Positions 38,342-50,543 of a stretch of DNA of 64,000 nt are shown here, piece after piece (within the stretch, counting starts at the first letter, position 1; each line of letters begins with the position of its first letter). The stretch lies in the NCBI GenBank assembly GCA_002633005.1, contig NMRA01000140.1, forward strand, positions 1-64,000. Reading direction: 5' to 3'. The notes under the pieces are model-generated. The model saw only the letters and a program-made list of their open reading frames with translations. It was not told where the DNA came from and did not search any database. The DNA is from Phoronis australis. Its lineage: Eukaryota > Animalia > Phoronida. The translations under genes were made by a program, and so were the position numbers.

Positions 38342-38344
<3 letters not shown>

Positions 38345-38391
<47 letters not shown>

Positions 38392-38405
38392 TCGTCATTA
38401 TTATT
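38345..38405. repeat. (ATT)n microsatellite
   Basis: Direct inspection. Confidence 0.9.
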
Positions 38406-39141
38406 ACGTATTAAGAGAGAAGTTAGTTGATATGTGATCAACTTGATATGTTTTAACGCTCCTTTTTTAAAAGACCAAAAATTGAGAAAGTATTGACACA
38501 TATACTATATTCGTGTCGCATGCAAACCGATTCAGAAAGACTCTCTTTTTGGCTTCTTTGAATCTTGTTTCTGAAAGAGCCCCCTTGTTGGGTCTCTTTC
38601 TGAAATCCCCAATACATTTTCTTGTATACGTACTACTACTGCCTCCTTTTGTCATTACTGAAATGCCTCGATTTTTAGCAGAAAAACTCTGGTAAACCCC
38701 CTTTTTGCTCACTGTTGTCAAACAACAAGGCAATTTGAAAAAAGTGACAAAATAATATAATAATGCAAACTTATGTTATTCAGTACTTAGTGTTATCAGA
38801 ATGTTGTGGCAGCTATTCAGTTTTGTTATGCATCTACGGTAAAAATTCTGCAGTTTGGGATAAAAATGATTGCTGAAATGTCTATTTTTCTATATTTCAA
38901 ACGCTCACAATTTAACAAAATACGTTTATGTTCGGTGATAGCTCTAAAATACAAACCGTGATAAAATCAAAGGATGATTTCCTGACAAATCATTTTTGTT
39001 TAGAAATTAGGCAAGATCGAATTTCACATTTCCGTCCCAAATTGAAGAGTGTTTACCACATATGCCAATATTCATGCTGTTGTCCTTCAACAGTAGTGTG
39101 ATTTGATGTTCATATTCAGTTCATGATGTATGTTGCTCTAG

Positions 39142-39384
39142 ATATTTGGCCCAGTTCTGGTCGTGCTTCCATTCAGGACTGCAAAGGAAGCGGTCAGTCT
39201 CGGCAACAACACGCGCTACGGGCTGGCAGGAAGTGTCTGGACAGAGAATGTTAGTCTGGCCCTGGAGGTGGCGCTGTCTATCAAGGCTGGTGCACTGTGG
39301 ATCAATGCGCACAACATGTTCGACGCAGCGGCAGGATTTGGGGGTTACAAGGAAAGTGGCTTCGGACGAGATGGTGGGAAGGAG
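39142..39384 (+). CDS. ALDH16A1: ALDH16A1 exon 10
   Basis: ctctag|IFGPVLVVLPFRTAKEAVSLGNNTRYGLAGSVW...FGGYKESGFGRDGGKE|gtatga; EEIFGPV, YGL and FGGYKESG motifs. Confidence 0.96.
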
Positions 39385-39826
39385 GTATGATCTGCTGATT
39401 TACTGTTGTGAGCTCTTGTCGATTTTACCTGAGTTTTCAAAATCCTTTGATTTTGTTCAGTGACTTGCAATAATAATTGCAGGTGGTCGGGTACACGCTG
39501 TACCAGACGCGTGCAGTCCGCTCAGGTGGATCCATTGTACTGATCTCCTGGAACCATTTTTATGCTTTACTAACTCCTAGTTTAAACAGAGGTGAGGTGC
39601 TATAGACCTGACTCAAGGATGTAGCATTGTGTCCCAGTGAGACTTTAACCTACTACCTTGGAAAAGGTATTCAAGTTAAAATTAACCTCAATAAAACGTT
39701 TATCAATCTTCCTTTTTCACATTCTGTAAATGACCTAAAGATGGCACCTAAAAATCAGATATGTTCCGTCTTGGGTTCAACGCCATAATTGGTAACAAGA
39801 TTATTTTGACAAAAAAATCTCTTCAG

Positions 39827-39978
39827 GGGCTGTATGAGTATGTCCGTCCGTCATGGGAGGAGAGGCCACGCCCACAAGTTGACGGCACATTTGACCTGAA
39901 GTCATTCGGTGCAACACAACAAGGTCGGCCTACGTTTCATAACAATCAACAGACGGCCGTCGGAAAGGATACCCCAAG
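39827..39978 (+). CDS. ALDH16A1: ALDH16A1 exon 11 (inter-domain linker)
   Basis: cttcag|GLYEYVRPSWEERPRPQ...GKDTP(S)|gtaggt, phase 2. Confidence 0.9.
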
Positions 39979-41200
39979 GTAGGTAGTTATTTTGTCCTAG
40001 TAGCTGAGCCAGGCTTAAACTTGTAAGAGATATTGTTTTTCTGAAACTCAAGTACGTGAGAAATTATTGTAACACACCCTTGGAAATGGCTTTTGCATGA
40101 GGTCCATGTTCCCATTCTCTCTTTTGCATCCATCTGTATGTCAGACCAAGCTCAGAGCAGTAAGAGACACATTTTGTCAATGCTGGACTGTCAGCCAATA
40201 ATGCTAGAATGTGTACCGGTGTCTCTCAAATTGGGAGTGCAAAGCACAAACCACAGCCCTACAGGGTCTCCATGTTATCATGTTCGGTGGAAAGCAATCT
40301 TCCATGAGAATTAATATTTTAATATTCTTCTTAATCTTTGGATTCAAATATTTAAAATGATGTGCGAGTTTAAGTTACATATTCTGTAAATGTCATTTCC
40401 ACTGTTGGATTTTCTATTAGAGTGTGGTGTAATAATTCAAGCACAACATTTGGCCAAAAAATGGCAAGGAATGGCTGTTTAAGTACCAGGTTTTTTAACC
40501 TTCCTGATATTTGTACATTTTGCTTGCTTTGAAATAACTGTCAAGCTAAAAGAAGTATGCATTACTGCTGAAGCATTACTCGACCTCAAAAACGTTGTTG
40601 TCAAAACCTGCCACTACGTGCATTTTCCCTATTCCAAGTATCACTCTTGCTATTTTTTGTTGTGTTTGCTGTACCATTGAATTGAGAAACTGGGGAATGA
40701 AGTACAATTGTTTGCCATACAGTTTAAATTTTTTTTGCTTGTCAATGTCAAAGCACTCCTGTGTCATTTGAAAATCTGTAGAACGTTGTTCTACTTTTTC
40801 ATCTCTGTAATAATCGAGTACAGCAAAAACAACACTCCATCGCACTTGTGAAGAAACAGCTTGAGGTATGACCGTTTGATGTCAGCATGGATCCCTGACC
40901 AACATTATGTTTGGGAATTTGTTGACTGGGAAGATAGCTGATGGGAGCATGGCTGGCATCTACACTGAATGTGATCTGACTTCCAAACAACAAACAAAAT
41001 AAATGAAAATAATGGTAGACTCTACCTTTCAATGTTGGAGTCTTAGGCGAACTTGCAGTTGCTTTGTTGGAATACATTTCTATCCACTGTATGGTAAGGT
41101 ACTACTAGAACAGATTTCCCTTTCTGTTTTTGCTGCTGTCACAGGATTACATATACCATTGCTTGCATTCTCAACTTCATTCCTACTTTCCCCCTTATAG

Positions 41201-41368
41201 TATCGACCATACCTACAAAATGTACTATGGGGGTGCCCAGAAGCGTCCAGATGCTCCCTACGCACGCCCCATCTACAGTGCTGATGGTCAAGTCATGGCC
41301 CATGTTGGAGAAGGGAACCGAAAGGATGTGAGAAATGCTGTGGAGGCCGCCCACAAGGCTGCACCTGG
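41201..41368 (+). CDS. ALDH16A1: ALDH16A1 exon 12 (start of second ALDH-like domain)
   Basis: ttatag|(S)IDHTYKMYYGGAQKRPD...GNRKDVRNAVEAAHKAAP(G)|gtatga. Confidence 0.95.
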
Positions 41369-42297
41369 GTATGAGGGTCAGGTTTAAGGTTATGCAGGAC
41401 CCTTGAAAAATGTTCAAAGATGGATAACTGTCTAACATCATATCTCTGAAGTGGCTGATCAGATTCAAAGGAAACCTTTAGATAGCATGTTTTATATACT
41501 GTTCTTCAAAACCATGTTTGTAATTGTTTGAAAATGATTCTCTTATGCAAGAGCAACTATCCAAAAATAGGACTTATGATTTTTATACACAAACTCAAAG
41601 TCTCATAAAACAAAAACAAAATGATAATTTTAGAAAAGTGTAGCAGGGTTTCTGAGATTTCAGTTTATGCATTATCAATCAAAATGTGATGCTCTTGATA
41701 TGCAATGATTGTACCTTTTATTTTTGGTAAATTTTAGTAAAAAAGACATTGTCATGTGAACAAATCAACGCCATCAAGTCAAAAAATCAAATTCTACATG
41801 CTTTCTACTATCAGAAAATATAACCTTTTACTGGGTTGAAATCTATAGTTGTGTAGATAATTGGCTGAATGCTCAGGCTTGTCAATCACGTCGTACATAA
41901 CCTTGAAAGTTCAGGGTAAACGACACCTGCGGGAATTTCTGCTTAACAATTGGTTGAAAATTGACGATTCCCTCAGCACTGCCAACACCATTATAGTTTT
42001 TCCTTGACATCTCATCTAACTAAGCATCAGCAAGAGTGAGTAATCCTATTATAGCATTTTCTTTAAAAAGTTTTTGATCATGCTGTAGCTTTTTTATTTA
42101 AATTTGGATAATCCGAAAGCTAGAAATGGACTTTGGCTTATATTTTCCTCAAAAATTTTCATTAGTTAGTAGCACATGGTATGTACCCAGCGGATGAGAG
42201 TACCGCGGAAGTCTGGGGAATAGTCTTTATGGTGTTACTGTCTCTGGTTGGTGGCACATTGGTCACAGTCCATTAGTCCTTATCATTCATCCACTAG

Positions 42298-42502
42298 GTG
42301 GGGTAAGCGTGCAGCCCACAACCGTGCCCAGATTGTGTACTACATGGCTGAAAACTTGGAGATGAGGCGGCAGGAGTTTGCTGAGAGAATTGCCGCCATG
42401 ACAGGTGGAAGTGTGGATGATGGCCTGCGTGAGGTGGACCTGTCCATACAGAGACTGTTTCACTGGGGGGCCTACTGCGACAAGTATGGAGGAACTGTAC
42501 AG
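42298..42502 (+). CDS. ALDH16A1: ALDH16A1 exon 13
   Basis: cactag|(G)WGKRAAHNRAQIVYYMAENLE...RLFHWGAYCDKYGGTVQ|gtaaat. Confidence 0.95.
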
Positions 42503-43503
42503 GTAAATACAGTCACAATTCATCATGTCGGATCTTGAGTTGAAAAATTCACTTTTGATTTAAAAACCACTTACGGTTAGAAAACCAGTCTCAAAGTTGT
42601 TTCTTTTATTAAAGATAGATTTCTGGCTGGGAAAGAACTGACAAATTGTTATTGTTTGAGACCAGGCTCCAAAAGTTAAGTTGACACAGTTATCACATAA
42701 TGCTAAATTGTCGTTAGAGACCGTCCGGAGTTGGTAAATGGTGCAACTCCGGATGGTCTGGGGTCAACCGAAAACCACAATTCAACTGTGATTCTACACC
42801 AAAATGACACACAATGTGTGACTGGGCAAAGCGTTTTCAAAATAATGTGAATAAATCAGTGGAGTGTGAGACCCCTGAGGTCCCTGTCAAGTCTTCTCGA
42901 CAATTTTACGTTATGCATGTTATGTGACAAGTGTTGTCTGAAACAATAACAAACTGTCAGTTATTCTTAAGCTCAAAAATTTCTTCTGATTTGAGTAGAG
43001 AACAAGTTGAGACTAATTTTATAACAGTAAATGGTCCGAGTCATCTTTTTCACAGAAGGTTTTTGCACCACCTTTAACTCAGACGGAGGTCTGAAACATG
43101 GTTGTTCCAGTTTGTGCTGCTTGAATTTATACTGTATGTATAAGGGTTTTAAAAAATCCCAGCAAGTTGGGGGTGATTTTCTAGATTTCATACTTTTCCA
43201 TGTCTTGACAGTGTCAAATAAAATTGGGTGAAATCTCTTAAGTACAGGAGTACATGAAGACTTCAAACAAGTATATATGAAGTACTGAGGTAAAGTTTTA
43301 ACATATTAAAATATGTGATTAATTTCATAGCAATGATCTCCAAAGTATGCAAATAGCAGGACATGCTTTTCAGCCAAACATTTTTCAGCCAGTAGTTGGT
43401 AGGTGTCTTTATGTATGATGTTCTGTTGGTGGGCATGTTTGGTAGAATTCTGTTGAATTGTTTAGTGATTTCAAATAATGTTCTAGTTTTCTTTGCTTCC
43501 CAG

Positions 43504-43689
43504 GAGACCACATTGTACGGAGCCACAGTGAAGATTAATGAGCCTGTAGGTGTCATTGGTATCGCCTGTTCCGATCAGTGGCCTTTACTAGGATTTGTCT
43601 CCCTCTTTGCTCCAGCTGTTATACGTGGCAATGTCATTGTAATCGTTCCCAGTGAGAAGCACCCATTGGCTGCACTAGACTTATATCAG
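43504..43689 (+). CDS. ALDH16A1: ALDH16A1 exon 14
   Basis: tcccag|ETTLYGATVKINEPVGVIGI...PSEKHPLAALDLYQ|gtgagt. Confidence 0.95.
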
Positions 43690-43871
43690 GTGAGTTACCT
43701 TTCATGTAAAACTGCATTCAGCCACGTTTTTAACAACCTTAAAGTTTGTTAGGCGTATGGAAATTTTTAGTATTAGAAAGGAATGGGGTTCATTTTTGCT
43801 TGAATGACTTCTCAGATTGTTGGGAATTTGATTCACTTTACCATGGTCAAGAAGTTTGTTACCTATTTTAG

Positions 43872-44171
43872 GTGTTTGACACTTCTGACCTACCTGGAGG
43901 TGTGGTCAATATCTTGACTGGGGACAGAGATCACCTGACCAAGTACCTGACTGAACATCAGGATATTCAAGCCATGTGGTACTTTGGTACGTCTGAAGGA
44001 TCCAAGTTTGTGGAGTACACATCTGCAGAGAATGTGAAGAGAACTTGGGTGAACTATGGCATCGACCGAGATTGGTCGGATGGTGAACAAGGTCAAGGTG
44101 AAGAGTTCCTCTACCAAGCAGTGCAAGTGAAGAACATCTGGATTCCTATGGGAGACATCTTTGCAAATTAA
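43872..44171 (+). CDS. ALDH16A1: ALDH16A1 exon 15 (last coding exon)
   Basis: ttttag|VFDTSDLPGGVVNILTG...AENVKRTW...KNIWIPMGDIFAN*. Confidence 0.96.
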   Translation: MFDTSDLPGGVVNILTGDRDHLTKYLTEHQDIQAMWYFGTSEGSKFVEYTSAENVKRTWVNYGIDRDWSDGEQGQGEEFLYQAVQVKNIWIPMGDIFAN

Positions 44172-44273
44172 ATTTCTTGCATTGTTCTAAAAATGTGTTT
44201 GGGTTTCATGAGAAGCTGGTTCATGCTTATGAACCGTTCTCCTTGTAGGGTCTTCCCAGTAATAGTTACTTAC

Positions 44274-44347
44274 AGGAGTCCCAGATTTTGAGAACCAGTT
44301 TTCTCCACTGGCGGGCATCAGACTGGTTCTCAAAATCCAGGACCCCT
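44274..44347. repeat. Short palindromic element (GAGAACCAG-arm family), copy 1
   Basis: Perfect 16-bp inverted repeat gattttgagaaccagt / actggttctcaaaatc with a 22-nt spacer; extends imperfectly to about 25 bp. Confidence 0.8.
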
Positions 44348-44703
44348 TTTACTGACTATTTCCATGTCTCAGTTTTGAATTGTGTGTCATCAATACCTGG
44401 TGACATAATAAGTGAAAGATACTCTCGAATTTTGTATTACAATTTTGAAATGGGGAATGTGTGTACATTTTTTAGGTTATTGTTAAATCTGTTTTCGGTT
44501 ACTCATCTGCCAAAGCGAATGCTGCCATTGGTTCAGCTTGTTTATAATGCTGTTGATTGTTTTACATTTATTACAGTTGACAAGAAAAGGACAAAGCAGG
44601 TTGTCGGCATTGCAACTCTATGGTTGATATCTTATCATGTGATGCCATTTCATGAAAACACTTATTGTGATTTGTGTTGAGTTGTTTTTCCTTTCAGTTT
44701 ATA

Positions 44704-45132
44704 GTCCCGTTTAGACATCAACTTTTGGCCTGGCGCAACCTACGCGGAGCAAATTGATCGGTGTCAAGCGTCCGTTTTCACACACAACTCACTAACTGTG
44801 GCAAGATGGAAATTGTAGACTGGAGAGTGGATCACACATGCGCAAGTTTACAAATGACGGGAGTTGAAGAGGCAGAGAACCTGTATTTAGGTCATTACAC
44901 AAGCGCAGTAGAGGTGATCCTTTCCGCCTTGCCCCAGTTTTGCGTTTAGACACATAATTGACACGGAGCAAGATGTTCTTGCGCAAATTGCTCTACCTCA
45001 CAAACGGGTTTCAAAAATTGTCACCGCAGTGTCAATTTGCTCCAGTTCAGTCTCGTTTACACACATACTTGTGCTGGAACAACTCGTTCCATGTCAGCTG
45101 ATCCGTGTCAACTTTTGTAATGTAAACGGCAC
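44704..45132. mobile_element. MITE-like element in the putative ALDH16A1 3' UTR
   Basis: Imperfect TIRs gtcccgtttagaca / tgtaaacggcac flanked by TA on both sides. Internal repeats of cgttta(g/c)acac and cggagcaa. Confidence 0.55.
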
Positions 45133-45396
45133 TAATGTTCTTGCAACTGAGGTTTAATTGTACAATCTGTTGGCAGACTGTCATCAAGGTTTAATGATGT
45201 TATATTGTAATCTTTTGATCATCATGTGTGCTGAGTGCTGAATCACCTTATTCTACTATTCATATGTTTCTAAAGTATAACATTTTTGTTGCATGGTCTT
45301 GTGAAATGTGGGATAAAAGCTCTTAATTTTGATATGTTAAAGTTGTGAACTTTTTATTGCCTCAGAGTACGCCTATTTTCGTACTATCATGAAGTG

Positions 45397-45402
45397 AATA
45401 AA
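45397..45402 (+). promoter_or_regulatory. Candidate polyadenylation signal of ALDH16A1
   Basis: First AATAAA noticed after the stop codon, followed about 25 nt later by a GT-rich tract (tcttgtggtattt). Confidence 0.45.
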
Positions 45403-47123
45403 TTAATTTTCTAGTATAAATATCAGTCTTGTGGTATTTCCTTCTAGTTATTGAAAGAATAGGCACTAAGTACATTCATGTTTAGAGGGTTTATTTTAAG
45501 TTAATTCCCTTAATTATTTAGTTCTGGAAGTTCTTGGGGGGTTACACCTTTGTTACTATAACTTCAAATGAATTATACAGGTGTAGTACTTCTGGTTGTA
45601 ACCAAGTGGTAGTAAAATTGCCTTGTGTTCTAAAAGTTTCCCCTGCGTCATGTTTCTTGAAAGTGACTTTAGAATTAAGACACAACTTTTTTCTGAGACT
45701 TCCACTTCATAGTTGCTGAAATAGGTTTTGCTAAGTGATGAGGAGCACACAATAGTCTAGACATAATTTAAAGAAATCCCGGTAACTTACAGTTATTAGT
45801 ATATTCTCGGAGACTTTCCACTTTTGCTCAAGTAATGTTCAATTATTTTTCAAACAGTTGTTTGAAGTTTAAGTCCAAATTACTGACTTATCTCACATTC
45901 CGTGAAAGGGGCCCCCCGGAAGAAACTTAAGTTGTGCAGTTATTACTCCAGTGAAAAACATATTTATTCAAAAAATTTACAAATGGAAAAATTTACAAAC
46001 AGGTGGTCACAAATGCATAATTTGATAGCAATGTAAGGATATTTTATCATTCCAAAATACTCTCCCCCCTCCTTTTTTTTTCAGAGCCATATACTACTAT
46101 ATTGTCTTGTATGTTTTTGTTTTCTTTTGTTAAATCTATTTCAAAATCCGGTTCACGTATATTTTTAACTTAGTAAACTTTATTTTCATTGAATTGTAAA
46201 GTAAGGCAAGGGAATCCCAGACCTTTGTCCTTACTTATGTTGAACTGGGAGAATAAAAAATATTTAAAAAAAAAAAAAAGTTGTGCAGTGTCAAGTTTAA
46301 AAACTTCACACTGGACAAGACAACATCACTTGAATGAAATTGCAAACCAAATTTCAAAAACATTGCCCTTGATAGTTAAACGCGAGATGTGCCATAACCA
46401 AAGACTGTGTGCCCATGGTGAGCGCTTTTTCGGAAAATCAAAAAAATGCAGAAATTTTTGTTACAGAATACGAATCCCCCATACGGACCTGAAAAGGTAG
46501 GCTAACCAGCGCAGCCAGAAATTGAGAAATGGTATTTATGAAAACGAGAAAATATTCACTGTAAAACAATACAGAATTGTGCTGCCCAGCGCACCATCGT
46601 TCATTCTTACTTTTCTTTTTAGACATAGTAGTTGATGGACAAATTATTCCGAGTCCCGCGTAGGCTCTGTTGCTCTGCCTTTGGGAAAAGATTAGGTAAT
46701 TGTATTTTCCACAGGATGGCATTGCTCCTTCGGCGAATCGCAAATAATTTACAACACCTCATTCACTATGTTGCTAGGTTGCGATACGCAGTCAAAACCT
46801 CGGAAGCCACTTGTTGCTGCAGCTGCGACACTGATTGACATTAAAAATGATATTTCGAAAGCTTATGTCATAAATTGTCATAATGCTGAGTTATCTTATT
46901 AGCAAGTCTGCCCTTTGGTTTAGCCAGACATTTGCAAAACTATGAAATAACACTCTGTACACCTATTATTAGATTTTCTGAAAGCATAAAGATTGTAGAA
47001 TTTAATTCGACATTACATGAAAGTGTCTTGTCATTGGTTAGGTCAAGTCAGTGACAGTGTGCTTTTATAAAAAGAAAAGGTACGTTCATGAGAAAACAGC
47101 GACAGCAAAAAAATAAGAACAAC

Positions 47124-47281
47124 CAGGGGCGGATCCAGAATTTTGAGTTAAGGGGGGGCCAGGGCAGAGTATTAGCCAGGGTTGTGCCCGTCATACATTT
47201 GCACCCCCGTACTGCTAGATGGAATGTGGGAGAATTTTAGGGGGGGGAGGGCGAGGGGGCAATGCCTTAAATCCGTCACTG
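47124..47281 (+). mobile_element. Small hAT-like MITE
   Basis: Termini caggggcggat / atccgtcactg form an imperfect TIR. Related copy at 13684-13961. No TSD seen. Confidence 0.55.
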
Positions 47282-47339
47282 TCATGTATTATGAGTGGAA
47301 ACGTAAATTGTTAACTATTTGGTACTGAGTTTAGGATTA

Positions 47340-49150
47340 TATATTCAGCCACGTATAAAAGTCGTGCAACAAACATCGCCTATGATTATCCGTTGGATTC
47401 TAGTCTTGCTGGATACCCGCAGATGTCAACTCAAATTCGGCAAGTTGAAGTCAGGCATCTTTGAAGCAAGCTCAGGCCTCCGGCAAGGGTCCCCTCTCAT
47501 CTCTCTCTTTAACGTCTACACGTCAGATCTCATACAAGCAGCAAGTGTAGGTAGAGCTTCACCATACAGCTATGTTGATGACTTGATAGTCGCCAATGAG
47601 GCGAACACTCCAAGACATCTGCCGTTGAGGGCCTGCAAACAGCAAGTGAAGGTGTGGCCGATTGGACCAAAGAAAACAAGATGTCCATCCAACCAGACAA
47701 AGGGGAATGGAAGTTAGCTTCACGAGGTTATTTCAACCCAAACATGTTCACCCTGGGATATGGGAGCCTCGATACCTCAAGTCGCTGAAGTTACCTATCT
47801 AGGAATTAAGATAGATCGAAGAATGACGCTGAACTCCCATGACGAATTTCTAGCTGAGAAAGGTGCCAAGAGCCTGTTACTGTTGAGATATGCAGCAGCC
47901 CAGCAGATCCAACAAAAGAGCCTGGTGCAGCTCATGAATGCAACTGTCGATGCAAGAACTGAGTATGGGCTCCATCTGTGCCTATGTGCCTCCCAACAGT
48001 CAATGACCAAACTATACGTATACAGAGGATTCAAAACCAGGCCATGAGGATAGTAACCAGTGCAGCTAGACCCACTGCGGTAGACAGTCTCCAATACTGG
48101 TTAGGTATCAATAGCATCCGTACTAAGAAGACACTAGCAGCCCAAGCATTTCTAAAGGCAGCTACAACCAACTCTCATCCTCTGTACCTGGACTTGAGAG
48201 AGCATAGTGATGAGCACACTGCACAGAGGCAGAAAACTGTTCAATCACGGGTTATCGAAGCTAGGGAGCTTGTCGAAGAGGTATGTGCAGTGGAGAACAT
48301 CAACAGCGTAAAGTGGTCCAAAGCCACAAACATTGTCATCAACACCATGGAGATTGGAGGCCGTCTTTGGCGGGAAAGGGCTAACTGTATCAACCAAGCA
48401 ACTGCATCGGATGGCTTGAAGAACAATCTCCCACAATCATTGTTGCAACGGACGGCTCACTGAGAGGTGACACTACGGCTCGGGCAGCAGTTGCTTGGAC
48501 TCGCGAGGGTCAACGCCTCTTCGAATGGTCAACAGCACGGGTTGGAAAATCCTCGTCTTTTAGAGCTGAATGTGAAGCATATGAAGACGCCCTAGTCTGG
48601 CTCTCACAGAACACAACACTTGCAGACAGATCATTTCTAGCCTACTTACAGACTCCCTCAGCCTCATTAGCAGGCTATAAACTGGTCATGTGAACGATTC
48701 CTGGATCCCTCTGTTCAGCTCTATTAATGGTCTCTTCACCAGTGTTTATAGGCTATACCAGGACACTGTGGCATCTCATTCAACGTCAAGGCGGATGAGC
48801 TTGCAGGCATCGCAGAACCGATTGCCGACCTGCTCCTCACACCAGCAGATACAATCTCCAGAGTGCGTGAATCGCTTACAAATGCCGAGATTGTACAGCA
48901 GGAGAGATGAGCAACAAAGCGCCTCATAGAGCGAGGATGGCAATACAGAGATGCAGCAAAAACTCGTATCAGGGGAAAAGATCGAAGAGTGTGTAACCAG
49001 CACGAACTTGGTTGCATCTCCAAATTTACATTGCATGCGATACTGGAAGGAGGAGGGCCAGAGACTATCCCGGTGCCTAGCCTCTGATGTCACCACAGAA
49101 ACAGAAACAGACATTGCCTGTAACAATATACGACGACCCGTGCAGCACTG
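47340..49150 (+). mobile_element. Decayed non-LTR retrotransposon with reverse transcriptase and RNase H (I-group-like)
   Basis: GLRQGSPL..LFNVYTSDL, YSYVDDL, TYLGIKIDRRMT, RIQNQAMRIVT. RNase H motifs follow across frameshifts: IIVATDGS (about 48435), SSFRAECEA, TDSLS, PGHCGI..NVKADELA. Confidence 0.88.
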
Positions 49151-49956
49151 AAATATGCATCTAGGTTTATATAGACCTATAAGATATACAGCAAAACGTG
49201 AAACGGCAGCCGTTTCTTACTTATTTCATCAGTTCAGTTTTCGGCAAGAGTGCATGCAACGGAACAGCGTGTTCCAACGATCGCGATTTCTTTTCCTCTT
49301 GATTCGAGCCATTCAAGAATAAACGGCTCAGCAGTGCTCATATGACGTAATCTTTGAATTTTATTGCGAAATTTAAATTATGTATTTTTGTGAAAACAAA
49401 TCATAACTGCAATCTATTAGAAGTCAATAAAAGTAGCTAGCCGAAGTCGTTAGCTCCTTGTTTTCGACGGCGCCACCGGTCTTGGCGATAGTGTATGAGT
49501 AAGCCACATAATGTACCGCAATAAGAGAATATTTTCATTGTGAACCAGTGAACCATGAGACTCGAAAAAAACTTAGACACCCAGCTGGCGGTCATCATGA
49601 AATCAGTAAAATCACCCTTTCGTTTTTTTTCTAGAAAAAAACCTTTGTTTGGATTTCTTCCGTAAATCTAACTGTTCTCAGGCACTCTTCGAAACAGTTT
49701 TGCTCTTTTCAAAGTACAAACAGATGATGAAAGACACTTTGTGGATTTTTTAATAGAACTTTTTTGTAGAATTTCAAATTTCCAAAGTGAATCCTAGTGT
49801 AGGGAATTTAGTCAGATAAGAACTTTTTGTTGGAAAACGGATTCTTTCATAGTGGAAACTGGTTGTGAAAAAGTCACCCCTCTGAGCAACATGCGCCGCG
49901 GAATACCTTGTCAGTTTGGAAGTACCCCCCGGGACTCATCATCACAATCGTTCGGT

Positions 49957-50010
49957 GACTTCCGTCATCTTTCGAGAAAGCCTCGTAGTGGCCGTCCGCC
50001 ATCTTGGATT
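49957..50010 (+). promoter_or_regulatory. Putative core promoter of the RSK gene (ETS-like and YY1-like motifs)
   Basis: gacttccgt (ETS/GABP-like) and ccgccatcttgg (YY1 consensus) lie 80-130 nt upstream of the ATG, in a CpG-rich patch. Confidence 0.5.
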
Positions 50011-50084
50011 GGTGTGAAACTCGTAAACTTAATTTTCTGATTATATTTATGTTGAAGGGTTAAGAAACCTCGAAATAATTGAGA

Positions 50085-50141
50085 ATGCCGTTGGCCCAGC
50101 TTGCAGATCCCTGGCAACCAATGGATGTTAGAATGACACAG
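50085..50141 (+). CDS. RPS6KA: p90 ribosomal protein S6 kinase (RSK, RPS6KA1/2/3-like), coding exon 1
   Basis: MPLAQLADPWQPMDVRMTQ|gtttgt. The first 11 residues match the N-terminus of vertebrate RSK2 as I recall it (MPLAQLADPWQKMAV). Phase-0 donor. The vertebrate paralogue cannot be assigned. Confidence 0.88.
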
Positions 50142-50455
50142 GTTTGTTTTCCAAATCACGGCTATGTTTACGTCCAAAAGTCACATGTTTTTAAACAGGT
50201 GATTTCCCGGTTGTTGCAATGTCGGTCCTTCCTATCTTTCCGTTATTTTTCAACGATTAGTGAGCTTTATGAACGCTAATAAATCTGGTGATTCAGACAA
50301 CAACAGATACACGCTTGATTAATTGTAAGCAATGAACTGGTTTTTGATAAACTGACCCGACGTGACGGTCAGGAGGTCACTCCCCTGGCTGGCCTGGTGC
50401 AGGGAGTTAGGAGTAGGCTAGCTGGGCAATACATCGCTGGCACCGGCCGTATATA

Positions 50456-50543
50456 GCGATCCCTTACTTAGAGAACCAGGCAATCATTGAATAATGGGCC
50501 ATTTATTTAGAGGATGAAACTGGTTCTCTAAATCAGGGACCGC
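50456..50543. repeat. Short palindromic element (GAGAACCAG-arm family), copy 2
   Basis: gcgatcccttacttagagaaccag / ctggttctctaaatcagggaccgc with a 40-nt spacer. Confidence 0.75.

Larger units (their letters stand above)
29626..44171 (+). other. ALDH16A1: Gene span: aldehyde dehydrogenase 16 family member A1, 15 coding exons, 2478 nt, 825 aa
   Basis: All 14 introns are GT-AG with consistent phases and the spliced frame is open. A full ALDH domain is followed by a second, truncated ALDH-like domain, the architecture diagnostic of ALDH16. The N-terminus (IFEKMSYGPAPE...AWL) resembles known ALDH16 proteins. Confidence 0.95.
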
